Below, one piece after another: positions 9,524-19,453 of a stretch of 60,704 bases of DNA. The position numbers and the translations under genes are program-made. The notes below the pieces were generated by a model. That model had not been told where the DNA came from. It was given only the letters and a program-made list of their open reading frames with translations, and did no database searches. How positions within the stretch are numbered: the stretch's first letter is position 1; every line of letters begins with the position of its first letter. The stretch is from an uncultured bacterium (GTDB lineage: Bacteria > Electryoneota > B3-LCP). The DNA lies in contig CAZUTK010000009.1 in NCBI GenBank assembly GCA_964623265.1, positions 1 through 60,704 of the forward strand, in the 5' to 3' direction.

Positions 9524-10335
9524 CGTGGCGGATTCCGGGAGGGTTTCGCCGTAGAAGATTTATTCCCCCGTGTAAACGTATACAGCAGAATTCCCGCCGC
9601 CACGGCGAGATTCAGAGATTCGGCTCGGCCGCATCCCGGAATCAACACCGAACCGACGCAATGATTCATTATCTCGGCGGAAACGCCGAGTTTTTCATGT
9701 CCGAGAATCAAGCCGCGGCGACCCAGAGCCGGCAGGTCGTGCGGGAACATTTCCCCCCGCAGTGATGCGGAGTAGAAGAGTCGCCCCTCCTCTTTTTCCA
9801 GAAACTTCCCCAGATTATCCGGCGACTGAATTTTCACGCGAAAGATGGATCCCGCCGTCCCCCGCACCACCTTGGGGTTGAAAGGATCCACGGAACCGGC
9901 GCCGAGGATGACGTGTCGGATGCCGAACCAATCGGCGGTGCGCAGGATCGTACCCAGGTTTCCAGGATCGGAGACTCGCTCCAGCACGAGTATGACGTCA
10001 TCCGGCAGCGGTTGGGAAATCGTGTCACGCACTTCCGGCAGCTTCGCAATCCCGATGATCCCTTGGCTGGTTTCTGCATCGGAAATGCGGCTCAGATCGT
10101 TCGCGGATCCGCATTTATGTGATGTTTCGGATAAATCCAACAACTTCTCGATTTTACGTCCAGCGCTGCTCCGCGCGTATTCCTGCGTGAGTAGGACTTC
10201 CTTCAGATTCCACCCTTCCCGCAGCGCTTCCTGCACGAGCAACGGTCCCTCGACGAGAAAGAGACCCGATTCTCTGCGCCCTTTTGTCTGGCGCAGGCTC
10301 CGGTAGAGCTTTATTTTATTTTTGCTCAGCGGCAT
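9520..10335 (-). CDS. TrmH/SpoU family RNA 2'-O-methyltransferase
   Basis: DPGNLGTILRTADWFG, LGHEKLGVS and ESLNLAVAAGI SPOUT motifs. Confidence 0.92.
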   Translation of the reverse strand: MPLSKNKIKLYRSLRQTKGRRESGLFLVEGPLLVQEALREGWNLKEVLLTQEYARSSAGRKIEKLLDLSETSHKCGSANDLSRISDAETSQGIIGIAKLPEVRDTISQPLPDDVILVLERVSDPGNLGTILRTADWFGIRHVILGAGSVDPFNPKVVRGTAGSIFRVKIQSPDNLGKFLEKEEGRLFYSASLRGEMFPHDLPALGRRGLILGHEKLGVSAEIMNHCVGSVLIPGCGRAESLNLAVAAGILLYTFTRGNKSSTAKPSRNPPR

Positions 10336-11208
10336 TTACGCTTCCTCGCTGCGTTGACCGAGGATCAGGGCGAAAATCAGAAGAGCCGCGCCCGGATAAA
10401 GCCAGGTGCTGGGCTGTTCGCGAAAGAAAAACCAAGCCATAATCGTGGCGCCGATGGGTTCTACAATAATGCTCGAATTGACGGTGAACGCCTTCAAGTA
10501 GCGCAGCGCCCAATTGAACAGCCCATGGCCGATAATCGTCGGAATCAGCGCCAGCATAAGGCACCAGAAGTAAGCGTTGGCGGATAAGGACAGGATTGGC
10601 GCGCGCGCCGACAGGCAGACCGGCAGAAGCACCAGGGCGGCGATGCCGTAGACGATGGTGATATAGGGAATCAGCGCGATTTTTTTGCGCACGCTGCGCC
10701 CCGCAAGGAGGTAAAAAGCCGCCATCACCGCCCCCAGCAGAGCCAGCAGGTCGCCGAACAAATATTCCGATCTCAGTTGAAGATCGCCGATGTTGATGAG
10801 TGCGGATCCGGCAAGCGTCAAACCCAGCGCCCAGATCACCCAGCGGTTGAGCTTTTCCTGCAAAAGGAAGTGCCCCAGCACAGCGACCAGAATCGGCTGC
10901 GTGATGATGAGAAAGGAAGCGGACGCCACCGTGGTCTTGGTTACGGATGTCACCCACAGCACCATATGCGCGCCGAGGAACACGCCCGCCGCAATTACTC
11001 GACCCCTCTCCGGATTGGACAAATTATTCCAGGCGGTATGCATTCCGGCAACAGCGAAAGGAAAGAGAACGACGGCGGCGATCGCAAGCCGAAGGAAGGA
11101 GATGGAGAGGCTGTCCGCATCCGCGAAGCGGATGAAGATCGCCGGAAAAGAAAAAGCGATGACCGCTACGGCTAAACCCAGCCTGGGGGAAAACGGGGGC
11201 GTGGTCAT
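10336..11208 (-). CDS. DMT/EamA family transporter
   Basis: About 10 TM helices in two EamA-like halves. EPIGAT...FFREQP. Confidence 0.9.
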   Translation of the reverse strand: MTTPPFSPRLGLAVAVIAFSFPAIFIRFADADSLSISFLRLAIAAVVLFPFAVAGMHTAWNNLSNPERGRVIAAGVFLGAHMVLWVTSVTKTTVASASFLIITQPILVAVLGHFLLQEKLNRWVIWALGLTLAGSALINIGDLQLRSEYLFGDLLALLGAVMAAFYLLAGRSVRKKIALIPYITIVYGIAALVLLPVCLSARAPILSLSANAYFWCLMLALIPTIIGHGLFNWALRYLKAFTVNSSIIVEPIGATIMAWFFFREQPSTWLYPGAALLIFALILGQRSEEA

Positions 11209-12350
11209 CGAAGGATCTCTTCTAAAGACTGAATATAACGCCGGATGGTGGTTTCCCAGGTGTGAGTTTCCGCCCAGGCTCGTGCTTTGCTGCTCATCGT
11301 CCGTCGCAATTCCTCATCTTCGATCAATTTCTCGATTCGTTGCGAAATTTCTTCTGAATCTTCCGGGTTCACGAGAAAACCGGTCTCGCCGTCCTGAATT
11401 ACCTCCGGAATGCCGCCGGTGTTCCCTCCGATGGCGGGGACGCCGCAGACGCCGGCTTCCAGAAAGACGATGCCGAACCCTTCCCCTTGCAGTCTGCTGG
11501 AAGGCAGGACAAACAAGTCGCAGGAGCGCAGCAGGCTCGCCACCGCCGGGTGATCCACGTTGCCGAGAAAAGCAACATAAGGCTGTACATCAAGTCGTTG
11601 TACCAGAGCCCGCAACTCCATCTCAAGGGGACCTGCGCCGGCGATGAGATAAGCGACCTTTTTCCCCCGCCGGATCAAGGATGCGACGGCTTGAAGCGCG
11701 GTTGCGTGGTTCTTGCTGCGGGTGAGCGCGGCGATGGTGCAGATGACGAAGCGATTTTCGAGTTCGATGCCGCTTTTCGAAGACCAGTATGATCGGGTGC
11801 GAACACCAGGCTGAAAAAGGGTGATGTCCACGCCGTTGGGAATTACCACGGGATCCCGAATTCCCGGCGCCAGTTCCATCGCCAATCCGGCGATGTACCT
11901 GCTGACGCTGAAGACTCTGGCGGCTCTTTTCAGCGTGCGACGCCCCTGCCATACGTAGAAATTCCTGCCGGAAGATCCTCGAATTAAACGCCAGACATCG
12001 GATCCATGGGTTCCGACCACGTAAGGGATGCCGAACCGTTCCGCCAGAAACTGGACGAACAGGCCATAGGGATGCAAAGAGGCGAGGAAGATGAGATCGG
12101 GTCGGTTCCGCTTCAACTCCTGCATAAGGGGTTTGCAAATTGCCAATCTTCGCATTTTGCCGAAAAAACTTGATTCGTGGAAGCGGATTACTTCGAAAGA
12201 ATCGGATGAGGCTTCCGTCTCGAGTCCTGGCGTTAAAACGCGCACTTCAAAGCCCGCTGCCGCCAGACCCCGGCAGATTTCCTGTGAATAAATGGCTATC
12301 CCCCCGCTCTGAGAGGGAAAATTATGAGTGATAAAGAGAACTTTATGCAT
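11205..12350 (-). CDS. Glycosyltransferase family 4
   Basis: FP..GG N-terminus, HGSD, IPNGVD, EGFGIVFLEA, GGIPEVI. Start chosen at MHKVLF. Confidence 0.92.
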   Translation of the reverse strand: MHKVLFITHNFPSQSGGIAIYSQEICRGLAAAGFEVRVLTPGLETEASSDSFEVIRFHESSFFGKMRRLAICKPLMQELKRNRPDLIFLASLHPYGLFVQFLAERFGIPYVVGTHGSDVWRLIRGSSGRNFYVWQGRRTLKRAARVFSVSRYIAGLAMELAPGIRDPVVIPNGVDITLFQPGVRTRSYWSSKSGIELENRFVICTIAALTRSKNHATALQAVASLIRRGKKVAYLIAGAGPLEMELRALVQRLDVQPYVAFLGNVDHPAVASLLRSCDLFVLPSSRLQGEGFGIVFLEAGVCGVPAIGGNTGGIPEVIQDGETGFLVNPEDSEEISQRIEKLIEDEELRRTMSSKARAWAETHTWETTIRRYIQSLEEILR

Positions 12351-13935
12351 CGTGATCATCCCTCTCTTGCGAGAAGAATGAGATGAGCTTCGCCTTGATC
12401 TTGTTGTGCGCGTATTCATAGGCTTCGACGCGAAGCAGCCGCAGCGCAAGAACGTAGAGGGCTGTTCCCGCCGCCGCGAAGAGCACCAATCCCGATAGCC
12501 GCGTAAGGAAACCGACGAGAATATGAGCCTCTTCTAAAATACTCCAACCCGTCTTCATCAGCCAGCCGATGGGGACCACGAGCGCAGAGGCAAGGAAAGC
12601 GATCTTCAAATTGCTTCTCGTATGCGCCGGAGTCAAATGCCGCGAAAAAAAGAGATAGACCAGAATCATATTCGTTGTATAGCCGATGCCCGTGGCGAGA
12701 GCCAGCCCGGTGATGCCCATCGGTCGGATGAGGATGAAATCGAACAGGATCATAATCGCAACGGAGAGGATCGTCGCCAGCATAGGGCGCTTTGTATCCT
12801 TGTAAGCGTGCAGCCCCCGGACGATGACGACGACGAATGCCTGCGCAATATAAGCGACCGTATAATAGACCAACAGCCGCGCAGTTGCCAAGGAATCCTG
12901 AGCTGTAAAGGCGCCGCGTTCCAAGAGGATTCGAACCGTCGGCAGCGCCAGTGAGATCATGACGGCGCCGGTCATAAACAGGAAGAGGATCACCGCCTGC
13001 AGCGACAGCGAGAAATGGTGAGCCAGTTTTTCCTTCTGTTCCTTCGCCGCCAGTTCGGAGAAAATGGGGAAGACCGCGACCCCGAATGTCCCCAACCAGA
13101 TGTCGGATGAAGTGCGGATCAATCTGAGCGCGTAGCCCTGTGCCGATAGCGCTCCCGCCGGCAGACCGCTCGCCAGAGAACGATCAATGAATAGCTGAAT
13201 CTGTTCTGTGAACACTGAGACAAAAAGAGGTGTCAATAATACCGCATAAAGGCGCACGCCCGGATCCCCCCTTCCCCAGCGCGGTGACAGGATTTTTCGG
13301 CGCTGCGGGATGCCGGCAGCTTGCAGAAGGAAAAACGCCAGAAATCCGAGGGAAAAGCCCGCCGCCAGAGAAAGGACGCCGTATTGCGCAGCGAAAAAAA
13401 TCATCGCTAAAATGGCGCCGACATTCATCAGGAGAGGGGCGAAGGAGATCATCGTGTAGCGGAAAAAGCACATGTAAATGCCTGAATAATATCGGTGTAG
13501 GATGAAACCGACGCCCCCAACGGCGAACCAGCGGATCAACGTGCCGGCTAAATGGACTTGATCCGGCTGAAATCCGGGCGCGATCCACTGGATGATCTGT
13601 TTCGAACCGATGAAAACCAGCGCGCAAATCCCGATCGAAATGAGGTTGAGGCGTGTGGTGATATAACGCAGGGATTGAACCGCGGCGGTTTCACCGCTTT
13701 CTTGGCGGCGTTGAAAGAAGGTCGGAATGATCGGCGTGAGGAACTGTTCCGCGAAAAACTGCCGCATGCTGGTGACGACAGTGAACGCCAGATTAAAAGC
13801 GTCCATCGCCGCGCTGGATCCGAACAAGGCGGCGGTCAGAACTTCGCGTCCCACCCCCAGAATGCGGTTCAACATCCGTCCCGACATCAACAGGGAGACG
13901 CCGCGCAGGAGCGACTGAGGCGGACGAGAGCTCAT
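12343..13935 (-). CDS. MurJ/MviN-like lipid-linked precursor flippase (MOP superfamily)
   Basis: RILGVGRE..AALFG...DAF, IDRSLASGL, RGAFT..DS, RGLHA..DTKRP. Confidence 0.88.
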   Translation of the reverse strand: MSSRPPQSLLRGVSLLMSGRMLNRILGVGREVLTAALFGSSAAMDAFNLAFTVVTSMRQFFAEQFLTPIIPTFFQRRQESGETAAVQSLRYITTRLNLISIGICALVFIGSKQIIQWIAPGFQPDQVHLAGTLIRWFAVGGVGFILHRYYSGIYMCFFRYTMISFAPLLMNVGAILAMIFFAAQYGVLSLAAGFSLGFLAFFLLQAAGIPQRRKILSPRWGRGDPGVRLYAVLLTPLFVSVFTEQIQLFIDRSLASGLPAGALSAQGYALRLIRTSSDIWLGTFGVAVFPIFSELAAKEQKEKLAHHFSLSLQAVILFLFMTGAVMISLALPTVRILLERGAFTAQDSLATARLLVYYTVAYIAQAFVVVIVRGLHAYKDTKRPMLATILSVAIMILFDFILIRPMGITGLALATGIGYTTNMILVYLFFSRHLTPAHTRSNLKIAFLASALVVPIGWLMKTGWSILEEAHILVGFLTRLSGLVLFAAAGTALYVLALRLLRVEAYEYAHNKIKAKLISFFSQERDDHDA

Positions 13936-15341
13936 ATCGTGGCGAATTCGCGGGAATATAGTTGATCCTGGATCGCCAGCAAGAGAACCATAAAGATATT
14001 CTGGTTTAGATAAAGGTGCGGTATCATGAAATCCACTTCGAACAGGATATGTGCGAATTCACCGAACATCAAAGAAGTAATGGCGATCAGGACGGCTTTG
14101 TCGGCTCGGTCGAGCGACCTCCGCCACAATATGAAGCTGCGGTATCCGAAGAACAGCATAATCGCCAGCGCGACGAGCATGGCGAGCAGACCGACATCCA
14201 CGCCGATTTGCAGGAAGGCGTTGTGGGCGTTCAGGCGGTCCGACCCCATCTTGATGCCGTTTTCCATGAAGGGGGCGTTCAGAAAGAACCTCTCCCGGAA
14301 CCAGCCGGGTCCCATACCCAGAAACGGCGTATCCGAGATTAAATCGAAAGTCATCGCCCAGATCTTATCTCTGCCGGATAAGCCGGATTGCAGGCGAAAA
14401 ATAGAACTGCCCAGGGATAAAATCTGTGGAAAGAAGAGAAGAACTGCTGCTGTTCCCAGCATGAAAGACGCGAAGAAAATCTTGCGCCAGACGGGATGCA
14501 GCAGTGCGGCGAATAGAATTCCCGCGAAGACTCCGACCAGCACGCTGCGGGACATATTCAGCCCGGCTTCGAGAAAGAGAATGAGCGCACAGCCGATGAG
14601 GAGAGACAACTTCCGGAAAGACTTCGGAGAATATAGGATCAACACCGCTGCCAGCGGCAGACCCACCATGGGATACAGAGCCCAGGAATTCGCATTGTGA
14701 TTCAGGACGACGGGTCGCATCAAGCCGTATGCAAAACCGGACAGAGTCAGCGAAGGCATCCCGCGGCTGAAAGCGATGAAAAAGCCGATGCATCCCACAG
14801 TCGTTCCGAGGATGATCGCGATCAAGATGCGGGTCAAATCCTGGTTCATCAAAAGTTGAGAAGTCAGCCAGTAAATCCCAATCAGCGCGAGCAGTTGCGC
14901 GAGGGAAAGGAGAGCGTTTTCATGGATGGGATGGGTGAAAAGGGAGGCGGTGAACAGAATCGCGTAGAGGATTAGAAAGAAGAGGTAAGGAGTCTTGCTG
15001 CAACGCTTCAGCCAGCTTCCGGTGGCACCTGTGATGACCCATACCGAAAGGAACATGGTGAGCCAGACCAAAGTGACCTTGATCGTGATAATGCCGTTCA
15101 GTAATCCGGTTCCTAAAGGTGTGATCAGCGGCAACGCGAAGAAGGCGGCTTCCGGCAGAGTGGGGCGCAGGATGATGAGGATCAGTACGAATGCGGCTAA
15201 GGTGAAAAACGGCAGGAGAAACAAGGGGTTCTTCTCGAATGCGACCGCGCACAAGACCGCAAGGATGATAACCAGAAGCGCAGCGGTAAAAGATGGGTAC
15301 TTAATCCGCGCCTGGAAACGGCTGGCGACCGACCTCATCAT
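13932..15341 (-). CDS. O-antigen ligase / Wzy polymerase family membrane protein
   Basis: Multi-TM. HNANS, SRS, SGRDKIW, PFLGMGPG, AHNAFLQ. Confidence 0.85.
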   Translation of the reverse strand: MMRSVASRFQARIKYPSFTAALLVIILAVLCAVAFEKNPLFLLPFFTLAAFVLILIILRPTLPEAAFFALPLITPLGTGLLNGIITIKVTLVWLTMFLSVWVITGATGSWLKRCSKTPYLFFLILYAILFTASLFTHPIHENALLSLAQLLALIGIYWLTSQLLMNQDLTRILIAIILGTTVGCIGFFIAFSRGMPSLTLSGFAYGLMRPVVLNHNANSWALYPMVGLPLAAVLILYSPKSFRKLSLLIGCALILFLEAGLNMSRSVLVGVFAGILFAALLHPVWRKIFFASFMLGTAAVLLFFPQILSLGSSIFRLQSGLSGRDKIWAMTFDLISDTPFLGMGPGWFRERFFLNAPFMENGIKMGSDRLNAHNAFLQIGVDVGLLAMLVALAIMLFFGYRSFILWRRSLDRADKAVLIAITSLMFGEFAHILFEVDFMIPHLYLNQNIFMVLLLAIQDQLYSREFATI

Positions 15342-16561
15342 GGCGTCTTCTGTGAATCCCTATTCTTTCGTTGAAAGATTCGGCTGATACGCCGAAAATC
15401 GCTTTGCAGACTCTTTTGCGCCTCTTCGATCCATTGATATTCGCTCGTGCCACGCACAGAGTCGGCGTAATTGAAGAAATACATCGCCACGACGGCGAGG
15501 AAGAAGGCGCACAAGGAAGCGACGGCAACCAGGATGATGCGCTTGGGGCGGTATTTATATTCCGGAACCACTCCGCGATCCACAATGCGCAGAGCCGGCA
15601 TACTTTTCGTCTCCTGCATGCGCGCCTGCTCGTACTGCTGCACCAGCACTTGGTGGATGGTTTCCAGCGTTAAAACCTCCCGATATCGCCGTGCGAATTC
15701 GAGGCTGATTTCGGGGGCGAGATCCAGAGGCAGCATCAAGCCCTGGTGGGCGTCGGCGGAACGAAGTTTCTTCTGCTCTTCTAATAATCCCTGCAATTCG
15801 AGTTTAGCACGTTGCAAATTGGGATGATTGGGCTGAAAGAGCTTTTCCATCACCTGGACGGCGATGCGGGCTTCCACGATCTTCTGTTCCAAAGCGATGC
15901 TCGAAGTGACGGTACCTTCCACCTGAGCTTCGATGTTCGCTACGCCGTATTTATCCTGCAGCGAGCGCATGGAATCCTCGGCGGCGAACAATTCTTCGCT
16001 GTTCTTTTTCAGGTTCTCTTCGACGAACTGCCGGCGCAGTTGCGCCCCTCGGATGTTCAGCTCCACGACGAGGTTGTTCCATTCATCCACCAGTAGATTC
16101 ACCATCCTGGCGCAGTATTCCGGGTCGCGGTCCATGACATGAATTTTGAAGGCGATGACATTGACGGCACCGAAGCTCTCTTCGCTCTCGAGTTCCACTT
16201 CGATTGCGTCCTCGAAAGCTGCATACGCTTTCTCCAGCAGATCCTTCTTGTAATGTTCCTTAAGATCAATGTGTTTTTGGATGCGATCTTTAAGCGTGCG
16301 GCTCTTCAGCAGCGTCGCCATGGTGGAAGCGGAGACTTCGTTGGATCCGAAGATGTCCACGGTGACCCCTTGCAGAAATGGGATTGCGGTTCCGCCTTCG
16401 AAGGGAGGTAGTACGATCGCCGTGGATCGGTAGGTCTTGGGCATCAGCGAGCTGATGATGGCGGTCAGCAAGGCGGCGAAGAAGACCACTTTGAAGAGAA
16501 ACCAGCGCCATCGCACCCAAAGTGCGATGTGGTCAGTGAAGCGTTTCGGGAGAGAGGACAT
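15338..16561 (-). CDS. Wzz/Wzc-like polysaccharide co-polymerase (GNVR domain)
   Basis: Two TM ends with a coiled-coil periplasmic part. PKTYRSTA, HPNL, VDRGVVP..KYRPKR. Confidence 0.88.
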   Translation of the reverse strand: MSSLPKRFTDHIALWVRWRWFLFKVVFFAALLTAIISSLMPKTYRSTAIVLPPFEGGTAIPFLQGVTVDIFGSNEVSASTMATLLKSRTLKDRIQKHIDLKEHYKKDLLEKAYAAFEDAIEVELESEESFGAVNVIAFKIHVMDRDPEYCARMVNLLVDEWNNLVVELNIRGAQLRRQFVEENLKKNSEELFAAEDSMRSLQDKYGVANIEAQVEGTVTSSIALEQKIVEARIAVQVMEKLFQPNHPNLQRAKLELQGLLEEQKKLRSADAHQGLMLPLDLAPEISLEFARRYREVLTLETIHQVLVQQYEQARMQETKSMPALRIVDRGVVPEYKYRPKRIILVAVASLCAFFLAVVAMYFFNYADSVRGTSEYQWIEEAQKSLQSDFRRISRIFQRKNRDSQKTP

Positions 16562-16662
16562 AAAGGTTGAATCCGTTTGGCTTTGTGATCATAGCTATAT
16601 ATCTAACTTCAATGGATACAGAATGATCCGATTGATTCGCTCGAATCTTACCGGAATGCATC

Positions 16663-16691
16663 ATAGTACGAAGTTTTTTTCAGAAAGTCAA
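16663..16691 (-). promoter_or_regulatory. sigma70-type promoter TTGACT-17-TACTAT for the polysaccharide operon
   Basis: Hexamers with a 17-bp spacer in the divergent intergenic region. Confidence 0.65.
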
Positions 16692-16793
16692 TTGATTTTG
16701 CAGTCGTGATTGCAAAATTCAATCCCAGTCAAATAATGCTTGCTTGGCGGAAAGAATTATTTTACATTATCTTTCCACAGATGGATCGGTCCG

Positions 16794-18125
16794 ATGGAAT
16801 TGTTTCAAATAGGTGAGAATCGTTCCCGCGAAGTAGTGCCGCCTCTGGCGGAGCGGCTGCGGCCGTCGTCGCTGGATGCGATTCTGGGACAGCCGCACCT
16901 GCTGGGTGAAAACGGCACATTGACGCGGGCTCTCCAGGAACACAGCCTGCCGTCCTCCATCTTCTGGGGTCCGCCGGGATCCGGGAAGACCACGTGCGCC
17001 CGCCTGCTTGCAAAGGCGCTGGGAGCGGACTTCCAGTCTTTATCGGCGGTGTTGTCCGGCGTAAAGGAGTTGAGGTCTGCGCTCGAAATTGCGAAAGCAC
17101 GAAGGAGAACCGGCGAGAAGACACTGCTCTTTATTGATGAAATTCACCGCTACAACAAAGCTCAGCAGGATGCGCTCCTGCACGCCGTAGAGGAAGGGAC
17201 GGTGATCTTCATCGGAGCCACGACGGAAAATCCCTCCTTCGAGGTGATCGGCCCCCTGCTTTCGCGCTGCATCGTTCTGCGATTTGATCCTTTGCCGGAG
17301 GAAGATCTTCAGAAAATCCTCACTAGGGCGCTGGATCAGGATGCTATCATCCGATCTCTTAACCTGCGGATCACCGATCCTGCCCGCGACGCTCTGCTGG
17401 CTTACGCCTCCGGAGATGCGCGCCGATTGCTGAACTCGCTGGATCTTGCCGCGCACTGGGTCAAGCCGGATGAAAACGGAATCAGGACGATCCAATTGGA
17501 TGACGTGAATCAAGCGTTGCAAGGGCGGACGTATCTATATGACAATCAAGGCGATTATCACTACGACAATATCTCTGCCTTTATTAAAAGCGTACGCGCT
17601 TCGGATCCGGATGCGGCGGTCTATTATCTGGCGCGCATGCTGGAAGCGGGGGAAGATCCGCTGTTCATAGCGCGACGTCTGGTGGTGCTGGCATCCGAGG
17701 ACATTGGAAACGCAGCGCCGAACGGGCTGGTGTTGGCGGCATCGGCTTTTAACGCTGTTCATCAGGTCGGAATGCCGGAGGCGCGAATCATCCTGGCGCA
17801 GGCGACCACTTATCTTGCATCCTGTCCGAAATCGAACGCAGCCTACGTGGCTTTAACGGAAGCGCAGGAAGATGTTAAAAAGTATGGACCGCAGCCGGTT
17901 CCGCTGAAACTGCGCAATCCAGTCACCGGTTTGATGAAAAAAGAGCATTACGGTGAAGGCTATCAATACGCGCATGATTTCGACGGAGGTTTTTCGGGGA
18001 TGGAATGCCTGCCGGAAGCCTTGTGCGACCGCATCTACTACCGGCCCACGGAACACGGGCAGGAAAAGAGCATCAAGGAGAGACTGGAAGCCTGGTGGGA
18101 AAAAAGAAGAGCGAAAAAGTCCTGA
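16794..18125 (+). CDS. rarA: Replication-associated recombination protein A (MgsA)
   Basis: PLAERLRP, WGPPGSGKTT, IDEIHR, ATTENPSFE, SAFIKSVR, ASEDIGNA, PKSN. Confidence 0.95.
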   Translation: MELFQIGENRSREVVPPLAERLRPSSLDAILGQPHLLGENGTLTRALQEHSLPSSIFWGPPGSGKTTCARLLAKALGADFQSLSAVLSGVKELRSALEIAKARRRTGEKTLLFIDEIHRYNKAQQDALLHAVEEGTVIFIGATTENPSFEVIGPLLSRCIVLRFDPLPEEDLQKILTRALDQDAIIRSLNLRITDPARDALLAYASGDARRLLNSLDLAAHWVKPDENGIRTIQLDDVNQALQGRTYLYDNQGDYHYDNISAFIKSVRASDPDAAVYYLARMLEAGEDPLFIARRLVVLASEDIGNAAPNGLVLAASAFNAVHQVGMPEARIILAQATTYLASCPKSNAAYVALTEAQEDVKKYGPQPVPLKLRNPVTGLMKKEHYGEGYQYAHDFDGGFSGMECLPEALCDRIYYRPTEHGQEKSIKERLEAWWEKRRAKKS

Positions 18126-18191
18126 TCGGTTTTCAATCTGATTAAATCAACGCATGGACGCAGTGAAGAATCCGAGACGAGGAGTGGACGG

Positions 18192-19403
18192 TTGAGGCGG
18201 TTCCCCGATCATCCCGTGGCTCATGTCTGTTCTATGGGCTGCGTAGAGAATCAGCTCGACGGCGCGCGCATGGAGCGATTTTTCCAGGCGAACGGGTGGC
18301 GTCTTACCGAGAGCGCCGCGGAAGCGGACCTGGTGCTGGTGAATTCCTGCGGTTATACGGATGCGCTCGAGCGAAGCAGCCTGGACGCGCTGGAACAGTT
18401 GCAGAGATCGTTGAAACCCGGCGCGGAAATTCTGCTCGTCGGATGTCTGCCGGCGATTCATCCGGAGGTGACGGACCGCAGCGACGGGTTGAGAATCATT
18501 CCGCGGAATCTTTCGGCATTAAACCGTGTGATTAACGCGCAAATCCCGATCGAAGAAGTGGAAGCCAACACGCTGCCTCCCGACGAGGAGCATCGGGATC
18601 GCTTCCGCGCCGCTATGATCGCTTTCAAACGCACGGTGGAAACGCTGGATCGAGTCTCCCCGATTCCTCTGCCGCGCGGACTGCGCCAATTCCGCTACAT
18701 CTACGATGACCGCGCCTATTATATCAAGATCAGCGTGGGCTGTCTGGGTAGATGCAGTTTCTGTGCCGTGCGCCGAGCAAAAGGAAAGCTGTTATCCCGA
18801 GATCCCGATCGAGTGCTGAAAGACTTGGACGAAGGTTTGGCGCGGGGGTATCGAGATCTGGTCTTGAGCGCTGATGAAGTCGGCAGTTACGGCCGGGACA
18901 AAGGGACCACGCTGGCGGCTTTACTGCGGGAGTTCTTGAAGCGTCCCGGTGACTACCAAATCTTTTTGCGCAATCTGGATCCGGAGTGGTTGATCGCCGA
19001 TCTGGATAACTTGATCCCGCTTTTCAAGACTGGGCGCTTTCCGTACATCGTCGCGCCGGTTCAGACGGGAAGTCCGGAAGTTCTGCATTGGATGGATCGC
19101 GGCTACACATTGGAACAAGTGGAGGATGCGTTTGCGCAATTACGCCGGGCGATACCCTTCATGATCCTGCGCACGCACTTCATCGTGGGTTTTCCGGGGG
19201 AAACCGAGCAGCATTTCGAAGAGACTCTCGAATATGCGAAACGTCTGCAGGTGGATCATTTCAAGGTTCACGAATACTCCGCGAGACCTCACACCCGAGC
19301 GGCTCTCCTGCCGGGGCAAGTTCCGGAAGATATCATCCGCAAGCGCGTCCGTCGTCTGCGAAAACTCGGATTGATGATTTACGCCCGCCGATTTTTTTCG
19401 TAG
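18192..19403 (+). CDS. Methylthiotransferase-like (MiaB/RimO/MtaB superfamily) radical SAM enzyme without TRAM domain
   Basis: N-terminal GCVEN, NSCG and VGC cysteines. CLGRCSFC, QTGS and IVGFPGET motifs. TTG start with RBS GAGGAG. Confidence 0.85.
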   Translation: MRRFPDHPVAHVCSMGCVENQLDGARMERFFQANGWRLTESAAEADLVLVNSCGYTDALERSSLDALEQLQRSLKPGAEILLVGCLPAIHPEVTDRSDGLRIIPRNLSALNRVINAQIPIEEVEANTLPPDEEHRDRFRAAMIAFKRTVETLDRVSPIPLPRGLRQFRYIYDDRAYYIKISVGCLGRCSFCAVRRAKGKLLSRDPDRVLKDLDEGLARGYRDLVLSADEVGSYGRDKGTTLAALLREFLKRPGDYQIFLRNLDPEWLIADLDNLIPLFKTGRFPYIVAPVQTGSPEVLHWMDRGYTLEQVEDAFAQLRRAIPFMILRTHFIVGFPGETEQHFEETLEYAKRLQVDHFKVHEYSARPHTRAALLPGQVPEDIIRKRVRRLRKLGLMIYARRFFS

Positions 19404-19453
19404 TATTTGGCAATGCGTTGACTTCGTGATTCTGTTTAAGTAAGGAGACATTT

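Noticed and set aside
10790-11647. Long alternative-frame or antisense ORFs (also 29581-30564, 44693-45808, 46010-46900 and others)
   Set aside because: They overlap well-supported genes, lack recognisable motifs, and are expected shadows in GC-rich DNA.
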